DNA from: an uncultured Planctomycetota bacterium | Lineage (GTDB): Bacteria; Planctomycetota; Planctomycetia; Isosphaerales; Isosphaeraceae | Assembly: GCA_963823665.1 (NCBI GenBank) | Contig: CAWGMQ010000010.1 | Coordinates: forward strand, 2,496,001-2,560,000 | Direction of reading: 5' to 3' | DNA length: 64,000 bases | Shown here: positions 36,734-45,800 of the stretch, piece after piece | How positions within the stretch are numbered: the stretch's first letter is position 1 | Layout of the letters: every line of letters begins with the position of its first letter | Notes under the pieces: generated by a model | The model's input: only the letters and a program-made list of their open reading frames with translations | The model's database searches: none | What the model was told of the DNA's origin: nothing | Made by a program: the position numbers and the translations under genes

Positions 36734-36810
36734 GAATTCGGAAAAGTGTCAGAATTCGGAAAAGTGTCAGGAACCTTTTCCCTTGGGAAAAAGGTTCCTG
36801 ACACCTTTTC
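36734..36810. repeat. Inverted REP pair (hairpin) preceded by an 18-bp tandem duplication
   Basis: gaattcggaaaagtgtca x2, then ggaacctttt-cccttggg-aaaaaggttcctgacaccttttc. Confidence 0.8.
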
Positions 36811-36818
36811 GCCGAGCT

Positions 36819-37829
36819 TCATGCCGCAAGAGACAGATGCAGAAGCTGGCAGAAGGCCCAGGCGTGTGCCGCGCTGACCGGGATCGTCAGGACCCAAGCC
36901 CACATGATGCGAACGGTCACTCCCCATCGCACGGCTGATACTCGCCGGCTGGAGCCGACCCCCATGATCGCCCCGCTGAGCACGTGGGTCGTCGAGACGG
37001 GCATGCCCAGGTGCGAGGCGGCCAGGATTGTCAGCGCCGCGCTTGTCTCAGCCGCGAACCCGTCGACCGGCTTTAGCTCGATGATCTTCGTGCCCATCGT
37101 CTTGATGATCCGGACGCCCCCGGCCATCGTCCCCGCGCCCATCGCGACCGCGCAAGCCACCATGACCCAGAGCGGAACGTGGAAGTGCGCGCCCGCCTGC
37201 GAGTCGCCGGAATAGAGGGTCAGGCTCATCGCGATGATGCCCATCGTCTTCTGGGCGTCGTTGCTGCCGTGCGACAGAGCCATGAACCCGGCCGAGGCGA
37301 TCTGGAGGCGGCGGAAGGCCCACGACAAGCCGCGACGGGCTCCGCCCCGGCAAGCCCACACGATGGCGATCATCAGCGCGAAACCGAGGGCGAACCCCAC
37401 CAGCGGGCTGACGACGAGGCTCTCGATGACTTTGATCAGTCCCTCGGACCGGATCGAGCGGCCTCCAGCGTGCGCGAACGCAGAACCGACCAGGCCGCCG
37501 ACCAAGGCGTGGGACGAGGAGGACGGGATGCCGAAGTACCAGGTGACCAGGTTCCAGAAGGTCGCGCCCAGGAGCGCCGACAGGACGACGACCTGGGTGA
37601 CGGCGCCGGGCTCGATGAGCCCCTTGCCGATCGTCGCGGCCACGGCCGTGCCGGTCAGGGCGCCGGCGAAGTTCAGCAGCGCGGCGAGCAGGATCGCCGT
37701 GCGCAGCGGCAGCACGCCGGTGCTCACGACGGTCGCCACGGCATTGGCTGCGTCGTGAAAGCCGTTGATGTAGTCGAACGCCAGCGCGGCGACGACGACC
37801 AGGACGAGGATCAGCAGGGCGGAGTTCAA
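36819..37829 (-). CDS. pit: Inorganic phosphate transporter, PiT family
   Basis: NGFHDAANAVAT, HGSNDAQKTMG, PVSTTH motifs. Confidence 0.95.
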   Translation of the reverse strand: MNSALLILVLVVVAALAFDYINGFHDAANAVATVVSTGVLPLRTAILLAALLNFAGALTGTAVAATIGKGLIEPGAVTQVVVLSALLGATFWNLVTWYFGIPSSSSHALVGGLVGSAFAHAGGRSIRSEGLIKVIESLVVSPLVGFALGFALMIAIVWACRGGARRGLSWAFRRLQIASAGFMALSHGSNDAQKTMGIIAMSLTLYSGDSQAGAHFHVPLWVMVACAVAMGAGTMAGGVRIIKTMGTKIIELKPVDGFAAETSAALTILAASHLGMPVSTTHVLSGAIMGVGSSRRVSAVRWGVTVRIMWAWVLTIPVSAAHAWAFCQLLHLSLAA

Positions 37830-37838
37830 CGGCCGGCC

Positions 37839-38487
37839 TCAGGCGTTCTTGATGACGATGGTCCGCAGGGCGCCGCCGACGTCTTCACAGGCGTCGAGCG
37901 TGCGCTCGAGTCCCTCGAGGAACTCCTTGTGCTTGATGAGCCGGATGGCGTCGGTCTCAGTCCGAAACATCGTGGCGAGCTGCGTGCGATAGATGCGATC
38001 GCCCTCGCTTTCCAGGCGGTCGAGCAACTCGCAGCGCTCTCGGATAGCGGCTGGGTTCTTCATGTCGCGGAGACCAGCCACGGCCGTCTGAATGACTTCG
38101 CACGCCTGGAGGACCAAGGCCGCCAGCTCGCGGCTGCCCCCGGGAAGGTCTTCCATCGCGTGCACGACGAATTGCAAGGCCGTGGCGAATACGGCGTCAG
38201 CGACCTCTTCGAGGGACACGGCCAGGGCGTAGATGTCGGAGCGATCCAGGGGAGTGACAAACGTTCGGTTGAGCGCCTCGTAGACGTCAGCGATGACGCG
38301 GTCGGCCTCATGCTCGACCTGGTGAATTCTCTCAACGATCGCCTCTCGGTCGGCAGTAGGACGTGGCGGCGCAACAGTCGGCGAGCAGGGCGCTGATCTC
38401 GTGAGCACGGGCAGCGCCGCGCTCGATCAGGTCGAAGAAATGCGTCTCCCTCGGAAGCAACCACTTTACCGCCCGGTCGATCCACAT
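37839..38487 (-). CDS. DUF47 / PhoU-like Pit accessory protein (frameshifted near the 5' end)
   Basis: MWIDRAVKWLLPRETHFFDL from ATG 38487, then EHEAD...FVTPLDRSDI...LESEGD...IVIKNA; usual partner of pit. Confidence 0.88.
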
Positions 38488-38651
38488 CGTTGATTTCTCG
38501 ACCATTCATTTCATTCTCGGGCCTCGAGCCCCGCCGGCCGGCCGGCGGCTCTGCCCCATTCATGATTGGCGGCGAGCCCGTACTATCTTGCGCGGCATTC
38601 GAAGCCGCGGCCAGGGGGAGGAATTACGTGGTGAATCCTGACGATGAGGAG

Positions 38652-38806
38652 AGGGATGTTTGACACCCGCCTCGTGCGGAGCGTCGAAGACTCGCCTTAT
38701 GCGTGTTCGAAATGACCGGAGGGGCCGTGGTGTTGCGGCGAACGTGCGAGCCGCGCATGAATGGATGCGGGGGACCGTCACAAATGGGTGGGGGTCTGGA
38801 AGCCCT
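38652..38806. repeat. 155-bp structured direct repeat, copy A
   Basis: Ungapped match to 41666..41820 with 12 substitutions by manual alignment. Confidence 0.9.
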
Positions 38807-38849
38807 CTGATCGAACGGCGCTTACAAGCCGATCCATCGCGCATGTTCA

Positions 38850-39452
38850 TTAGCGGGCCAAAGCGAAAATCCTCTGCACGAATGCCTTGAGCTCTGGGCA
38901 CGCGCTGATCGAGACGCACAAGTCTTCGCCCTCAAGTATCCGGCCGGCGTCGCGTGCCTTGACATACCTTCGTTTTTTCGAACCCGTCAGAAACACTTCT
39001 TGCAAGATGTACGCAGGTGACTTGTCGTGGTTCACCTTCTCCGGAGACGAACCTGGAGACTTACGGTTGCTTCCGGCTAGCTTGCTGATCTTCTCCCAGT
39101 ACGGCAGCAGCCACGCCTCGAAATCATGCAATGCCACATGGGGATGGAATCGTTTCTCGTCGCCAACCCATTCGCGCATTTTTCGCTTTGCATCTTCCGC
39201 CGTCAGGAATTCGGGCGGCGTGGTTCCGGTGTAAACATCCGTCAGCGCGATCACGGCATCGGCCTTTCGCTTCCGATCATTCAGGAGGTTTGCGACGATT
39301 CGTTTCAGCTTGTCACCAGTCGGGATCCGGCCGTCGTGAGGCACGAAGTCCAGCTTCGGCATCTTACCCGCCAGGTGCTTCCGTAAATACGCGATCAGAT
39401 GCGGCCTGAAGGCCGTTTCGGTTTTTCCTTCGACGAGAATGGCAATTCTCAT
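38850..39452 (-). CDS. DUF4276-like (TOPRIM-type) protein
   Basis: MRIAILVEGKTE, ALTDVY, HDFEAWLL, CPELKAF; overlaps the stop of the upstream ATPase. Confidence 0.8.
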   Translation of the reverse strand: MRIAILVEGKTETAFRPHLIAYLRKHLAGKMPKLDFVPHDGRIPTGDKLKRIVANLLNDRKRKADAVIALTDVYTGTTPPEFLTAEDAKRKMREWVGDEKRFHPHVALHDFEAWLLPYWEKISKLAGSNRKSPGSSPEKVNHDKSPAYILQEVFLTGSKKRRYVKARDAGRILEGEDLCVSISACPELKAFVQRIFALAR

Positions 39453-40621
39453 GGACGGGCCCCGATACGGCCCATGCGCCACACCTCGTCCAGAGTATAC
39501 TCCGCAAGCCACTGGTCGAGGTCGAGGTCATCAGCCCGCGTGACGGTCGTCGCACCGTCCTCACCGACGTCCATGGCCAGCACCTCCGATGGGTTGAGGA
39601 ATCGGATTAGCCGGTCCGCATGGGTGGCGACGACGAGCTGCGTGCGTCCGGATGCTTCGCGTAATAAGTCTGCCAGCAACGAGAGCAGCTCCGGATGCAA
39701 GCTCACCTCTGGCTCGTCAATCATCGTCATGGCCGTCAGTCCGGGACTTTGCAGCAGCGTCGCCAGCCAGAGAAAGCGCAGCGTGCCTTCAGAAAGTTGA
39801 TGCATGAAGAATGGATTCTTGCTCGTCGTTTCCTTCCAGGTCATCGCCAGCGTGCCCGCGGCCACCGGCGGAAAGTTGAGCCGCTCAAAGCTCGGGAACC
39901 CGGTGCGCAGGGTGGCCTCAATCGTCTCGAATCGATCCGGCTCCGTTTCTTTGATCGTGAACAAGCAGGAAACAAGGTCCTCGCCGTCGTGCCCTGGCAA
40001 TTGCGCGTTTCGCAGCGGTTGGGGCAGCCGGATTGGAGCACGGGGGCCGACGTCCAGGACGTGATAATGGGTCGACGAGGCCAAACACCGGCGAAAGTCC
40101 TCGGGCTCCCGAAACATCTTGGGAACCTGCGACAGGGCTGACTCGGTCGGGTCGTAAGCCCAGTTCGGCCGGACTAACCCCTTCTTTGTTCCGTTGCGCT
40201 CGAAATAGCGGACGTCACCATGCTGAGCCTGGATGTATCTCAGAGGCGGTGGTTTCGCGCCAATTTGCTGAACGAGCGACTCATCTGAAATCTCGTACGC
40301 TGTTCCCTGTGGAGTCATCGCGAGTCGGTACTCAATGGGACGATTGCCCGGCACGCCCATTGTCAGGTCAAACGACATGTCGCGTGCCTTTCCACCCTTC
40401 ACCGCCGCGAGGCTCGCCAGGTTCGCGTCGATGCCGCTCAGTGCACTCATCGCTCCTTTCAGCGTGCCGGATGCGGAGGCTGCCAGGAGCGACAGCACGT
40501 CCAACAAGGATGTCTTTCCACTGCCGTTTGCGCCGATGACGACGTTGAGCGGCTTCAGGATGATGTCGAGGTCGCTCAGGCGACGGAAACCCGCGACGTG
40601 GATCTTCTCAAAGGACTTCAT
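39449..40621 (-). CDS. ABC/AAA_21-type ATPase
   Basis: GANGSGKT, LSEGTLRFL signature, IDEPEVSLHP, VATH. Confidence 0.9.
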   Translation of the reverse strand: MKSFEKIHVAGFRRLSDLDIILKPLNVVIGANGSGKTSLLDVLSLLAASASGTLKGAMSALSGIDANLASLAAVKGGKARDMSFDLTMGVPGNRPIEYRLAMTPQGTAYEISDESLVQQIGAKPPPLRYIQAQHGDVRYFERNGTKKGLVRPNWAYDPTESALSQVPKMFREPEDFRRCLASSTHYHVLDVGPRAPIRLPQPLRNAQLPGHDGEDLVSCLFTIKETEPDRFETIEATLRTGFPSFERLNFPPVAAGTLAMTWKETTSKNPFFMHQLSEGTLRFLWLATLLQSPGLTAMTMIDEPEVSLHPELLSLLADLLREASGRTQLVVATHADRLIRFLNPSEVLAMDVGEDGATTVTRADDLDLDQWLAEYTLDEVWRMGRIGARP

Positions 40622-40663
40622 GACTGGTTTCCTGTCGAATCGGGCGGATGCGATTTCGCGCGG

Positions 40664-41002
40664 TTACATAAGATTCGAGCGTCGTTCCACCCCGACGGAA
40701 CCTATCACAATCCGCGCAAAATGGTCGGCGGTAGCCCTCGGTTCAAACATGCAACTATAGGCGCACCGGCCCAGAAAGGCATCCTGCAATTCGGGCAAAA
40801 AGTCGGTCCAGTAGCTCGGCGGCCGGAGCGTTCGCCGCTTGGTGTCGGTCAAGTCCCGCCAGTTCGGTCCCTTGCCCTTGATCCAGGCAAGACCCCGTTT
40901 TCGGCATCGCTCGTCGCCGGTGAAGACGTTGGGTCGATTCGAGAGTTCGACTTCGAGTTTTCGCGCCGGCCCGAGGTCTTCCAGGCGGAGGCTCCTCAGC
41001 AT
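40664..41002 (-). pseudogene. Deletion chimera of an ATPase N-terminus and an HNH-like nuclease fragment
   Basis: MLRSLRLEDLGPARKLEVELSNRPNVFTGD stops at the P-loop, then YWTDFLPELQDAFLGRCAYSCMFEPRATADHF resembles an HNH start. Confidence 0.55.
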
Positions 41003-41165
41003 TTCACGATCCCCTTCCTCCGCAACAGTTTCCCCATCGACGACCACTCGTACTTCCCTTCGACCAACTCTTCCCAGTAGTTCTTGGCTTCTTTCCGGGG
41101 GACGGGCTTGTGGAGCGGCGCGATGTTCAGGACGACGCCGTCGTCGAGATCGGGGTCATATTTTG
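40996..41165 (-). pseudogene. C-terminal fragment resembling a BREX PglX-type DNA methyltransferase
   Basis: YDPDLDDGVVLNIAPL...YWEELVEGKYEWSS, recognised from memory of PglX C-termini; no upstream body. Confidence 0.55.
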
Positions 41166-41665
41166 CGCTGCTTTCGCTTCCAATCAAGTCTCCCTTGACG
41201 TTTCCATCATTCTACACCGCCTCCGCGCTCGGGAGGAGTTCATGGCCTTTGGCGTACGGGAATCGCCGGCAGTGTAGCGGGTCGCCGGAGACTGGCGCGA
41301 CAAGGCGGGCTCGCCATTGCGGAACCGACGGCCGGTGTGGTCGAGCGTGAGTAGGTAGCTGCCGAGCGAGAAGCCCTCGCGCGTTCGTTCACGTGGTGGA
41401 CCGGACTTGCGTTTGCTTTCGACCGGGCGGATGCGGATTGATTCCGGATGCTGGCGTCGGTGGGCGGCTGCTGGATTGAATCGAAATCTGGGGCTGGGCC
41501 GCGTGGATTGGGGTGAGGAGCGAGGTGAACTACCGTTGCCGTGGCCGGCGCGTATTCAGTTTTGAACATAAGGTAACTGAGATAACGAAGTGGGAGACGA
41601 GAGGCTGACGGGGAGGTAGGGCGGGCCGGAGTTTGGATTGTTTCTGGTCGACCAGGAACGCGATC

Positions 41666-41820
41666 AGGGATGTTAGACACCCGCCTCTTGCGGAGCGTCG
41701 AACACTCGCCTAATGCGTGTTGGAAATGACCGGAGGGACCGTAGTGTTGCGCCGAACGTGCGAGCCGCGCATGAATGGATGCGGGGGACCGTCAGAAATG
41801 GGTGGGTGGCTGGAATCCCT
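41666..41820. repeat. 155-bp structured direct repeat, copy B
   Basis: Matches 38652..38806. Confidence 0.9.
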
Positions 41821-42087
41821 TGCGCCATCAGGACTTCGCGGCAGCGTCTTTGGGCAGTCCGAATCGCTTCTTGGCCAACGCGATCTCGTCCACGAGCCGA
41901 CAGTGAAAGCGAGCTTCCACGTTGTCAGACTCAATTCGATTGCCATGCAGAGCGCGGGTGCTTGCGGGAAGGTAGACTGAGTTTCGTGGGTCGCTGACAT
42001 GGGTAAGCTCCTTGAGAACAGGTTTGGAACACCAACCGGAGCTTATCCTCAGCGACTCACGTAAGCCCGCCCTACGGCATGGTATCT
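41821..42087 (-). mobile_element. IS110-family remnant (left end plus start of transposase)
   Basis: AAGGAG RBS, then MSATHETQS...AIELSLTTWKLAF and, after a deletion, DEIALAKKRFGLP, typical of IS110 DEDD N-termini; probable end AGATACCATG at 42087. Confidence 0.65.
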
Positions 42088-42443
42088 GAACTCAGTAGAC
42101 CCCACGGGGTCAGTGTACCGCAGCTCATCGCGACTTTGGCGCGATACCTGATCGGCTGGCGAGGCTACTTCGGCTTCTGCCAGACACCGATCGTGCTGCG
42201 GAATCTAGGGCCTGGATTCGTCGCCGATTATGCATGTATATCTGGCGCCAGTGGAAGAAGGGGCCAACACGGCACGCTCGACTGCGCCGGCGAGGTGTAT
42301 CCCACTTTCATGCGGCGGTTGCTACCGGATCCGAATCTGGGTACTGGCGCACGGCTCGCCATGTGACAGTGCAGCGGGCACGATCCAACGCCTTCTTCGA
42401 CTCGGTCGGTCTTCCTCGGCTGGCGGCATCGTCGACCGTCTGA
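42088..42443 (+). pseudogene. Group II intron RT/maturase C-terminal (domain X) fragment
   Basis: LARYLIGWRGYFGFCQTP and, after a frameshift, IWRQWK...SNAFFDSVGLPRL. Confidence 0.88.
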
Positions 42444-42450
42444 CTCGATT

Positions 42451-42524
42451 GAACCGCCGTGGTACGGACCCGTATGCCCGGTGGTGTGGGCGGAAGGAGC
42501 CGCGAGGCTCCCCCCGATCCCGAT
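42451..42524 (+). ncRNA. Group IIC intron domains V-VI and 3' end
   Basis: GAACCGCCGTGGTACGGACCCGTATGCCCGGTGGTGT (DV, CGC triad), GGAGCCGCGAGGCTCC hairpin (DVI), terminal CCCGAT. Confidence 0.9.
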
Positions 42525-42566
42525 CAATCCCGCCATATTGTGAATACTCGGTGTCTCTGCCCCGCG

Positions 42567-42836
42567 TCAAAATATGATGAACAACGAGAGGAGCTCAAAC
42601 GTAGCGCACGCGAGGCAAAAAATGCCGACGAGATCAAAATACTTAGACGAGGCCCTTTTCTGTAAAAAATAGAATGCAGCGAAATAAATTATAGATATAT
42701 TCATTAATTCCACGCAGCGCAGAACGAGCGCGGTCGTGCTGTGCGCACGCACGAAATCGCGGTCGAATGCGAGCCCGCGCAAACAGGCGTTAGCGATCAC
42801 CAAAGTGCAAGCGCCGGCCGCCGCGACCTTGCGCAT
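42567..42836 (-). CDS. Small hydrophobic protein, candidate Rhs immunity/accessory
   Basis: AT-rich, three hydrophobic stretches, RBS-like GGAGG, 25 bp after the Rhs stop. Confidence 0.45.
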   Translation of the reverse strand: MRKVAAAGACTLVIANACLRGLAFDRDFVRAHSTTALVLRCVELMNISIIYFAAFYFLQKRASSKYFDLVGIFCLACATFELLSLFIIF

Positions 42837-42861
42837 TTCAGTACCTCCGGGGCTTTCTTTG

Positions 42862-45800
42862 TCAATCGAGTGGATATTCGCCTAGTAGTTCGTCCAGTTG
42901 CCCGGCGCATATGTTTTGGGCCCCATGAGCGCAGTCCTCTCGTTCCTGCGGCTGCACAATCGAGCCTCCGCAGTAGTGATGCGCTAACTCATGTAGAAGC
43001 AATTCGGCCAGCTTCCGCGGAGAATAGAAGCAGGCGTGTGGACATACGACGATTACGTTGGTACTCGCGATCGTGAACATCGGCGCAAACAGGCAGATCT
43101 CGCATGCGAGTACGCCACCGATCAGCGATATACCGAAGGTTGTCGTACCCGAAGGAGCTCTCTCGATTGGCGAGCGCGGTGTGTCAAGTTTCTCGGCGTG
43201 TTCTTCGAACCACGCTTTGCATCTTCCGGATCGAACCACTTCGTTTACCGCGGCAATCGCCTTTCCCAATCCAGGGCAAAACAGCGCGAGCGAATCCGTC
43301 CGAATCAACCTAGGTGGCGAAAATGCCGGCTTGTTCTTTAGGACATCCGGACCGGCCGGGTAGTTTGCCGCGTATCGGTAGTCGCTAGCGAGTCGCGTCC
43401 TGCGCACGAAGTTGCTGCTCAGAAATCTCCCCGTCACCGGGTCGTAGACTGTCGCGCGGGCGTGATACTTGGCGAGATCCGGGTCGTAGAGGTATCCGGA
43501 CCGGCCAATGTAGCGAAACCAGTTAACGCTTGCACCGGTAGTCGAGAGCTCGTTCCCGAATGCGTCGTAGATGTAGGTGTCCGATTCGACACCCGCGTTG
43601 TCAGACAACAGCCTCGTCGAGCCCAGCACGTCGAACGAGTAAAACAGTTCCGCACCGCCGCGCGCCTGCGAGATTAACTTCCCATACTGTGCTGGCTCAA
43701 GTGAGTTTACAGCTTGTATGATGCCGCTGGCATTCGTCTCCAGCAGTACGCATTGCCCATCCCAGATATTCTTCGCCGTTCCCGTCGAATCTTGCTTCGC
43801 GATTCGCCGACCATCGGCGCTGTACGTGAATGTATTCACGATTCCTGACGACAATACCGCATTCGCCAGTCGGTTTTCGCCGTCCCAAGTGTTCGTAGTA
43901 AGCTGGTTGCCTGGCGCGAGCGTGGTCAGCAGATTTCCGTCGCCGTCGAACGTATAGGTGGTGACGCCGGCGCCCGTCTGGCTGGTGGTGAGCTCGTCCG
44001 CCGCGTTGTATGCGTAGGTCGTCGCTGCGCCGCTATTTACCATTAGCGTTCGATTGCCTACACCATCGTAAACGTAGGTGATGTTGTACGCTGTAGCCCC
44101 GCTGCGTTTTTCGTTGGTTAGTTGATATGTCGGGTCGTAACTCCAGGTCACGACCGATCCATCCGCCTCGATCACCTGTGTGCGGTTGTTAACCGCGTTG
44201 TAGCTGTAGGCGAAGCTCGAGAGTGTTGAGCCGCCCGGGCCAAGGTTTGCGAGGATCAGTTGGCGGTCGGCGTTGTCGTACACATTTGAGATGACGAACA
44301 CCATTGGCGAGCGCCTGGCGCGTGACGCGGCTCGCCACGTCGTAAGACCAACTCGTCACCTGCGCTTCGGGATTTGTCAACGTGCTGATTCGCCCGACCG
44401 CGTCGTACGCATACGTGAAGGTTCCGGTGGGCTGTTTCAACGTAGCGCGTTGGCCGACCGCGTCGTACGCGTAGGTCAGCACGATCCCTGCTGGATTCAC
44501 CACTGAACTCAACCTTCCTACTGGGTCAAAAGTCGAGGTGTAGCTTCCCGTCCAATCGCTCAGAACCGTACGACGGCTATTCGCATCATATGAGAGTGTA
44601 GAGCGTGTCGCGTCCTGGTATTGCTGACCTAAGAGTCGGCTCGCTGCATCGTACGTGTAGCTCGTGCGCAGGCTGCGGCCGTCGATGCGAAGCACTCGCC
44701 TGCTCGCGGCATCATATTGATAGGTGACTTGGTTGCCAAGTGCGTCGGTGGTGCCGGTCTGTCTGCCGGAGACGTCCCATGCAAAACTTGTGCGGTTTCC
44801 TCTGGCGTCGATGATGGCGATCCGTTGGCCGACGGCGTCATAGACCTGAGTCGTGGCGAACCCGTTAGCGTTCACGGTGGCCAGCATTCTGCCGTCCGAA
44901 TCGTAGATTGTCGTTGTGGCATTCCCGAGCGCGTCGGTTATCGACACCTGCTGGCTAGAGGCGTCGTACGAATATGAGCTTCGATTTCCGAGCGGGTCGA
45001 CCGTCGCGATCAGTCTGCCGGCGGCGTCAAACACGCTGGTGACCGCGTTGCCGAGGGGATTGATCCTGGCCACGGTCCTGCTTGCGGCATCAAAAACTGT
45101 TGTGGTTGTATTGCCCAGAGCGTCAATGGAGGCGACTGGCCTGTTAGCTGCGTCATATACCGTCGACGAGACGAAGCCCAGTGCGTTCGTCGCGGATACT
45201 GGCCGGCTTGCCGCGTCGAACCCCATCGTCGTCCGGTTGCCGAGGGCATCGACAGTCGCGATCACCCTGCTCGCGCTGTCGTAGACGATCGAGCTCCGGT
45301 TTCCGAGGGCGTCGATCCGAGCGATCGGCCGACTGGCATTGTCATAGACAGTTGTAAATACGTTCCCAAGTGGATCAATGCTCGCTACCGGGCGGTTTCC
45401 GGCGTCGTACGCGGCGGTCGAGCGATTCCCCAGCGGATCTATTGACGCAATTGACCTGCTTCCAGTGTCGAATACCGTACTGCTGGTGTTCCCCAACGGA
45501 TCGATGAAGGCCACGGACCTGTTGGCGGCGTCGAACACTCTTGTGAAGACGAAGCCGAGTGCGGTTGTGCTGGTGACGGGCCTGCTCGCGGCATCATAGC
45601 CCGTGGTCGAGCGGTTGCCGAGCGGGTCAATCCCCGCGATTGGGCGCGAGGCGTTGTCGAATACAGTTGTTGATACGTTCCCGAGTGGATCGGTCCGGCT
45701 GGTCGGCCTGCTGGCCTGGTCGTAACCGATGCTGCTCCGATTTCCGAGTGGATCGACCGCTGCAATGAGCCGATTGGTGGCATCGAAGACGTTAGTGCTC

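Noticed and set aside
38652..41820. Integron cassette array
   Set aside because: Only one copy has GTTRRRY, no matching RYYYAAC forming a single attC stem, and no intI in the window.
42088..42524. DGR or retron reverse transcriptase
   Set aside because: Followed by clear group II DV/DVI; RT core absent; the 155-bp repeats differ at many non-adenine positions, so they are not a TR/VR pair.
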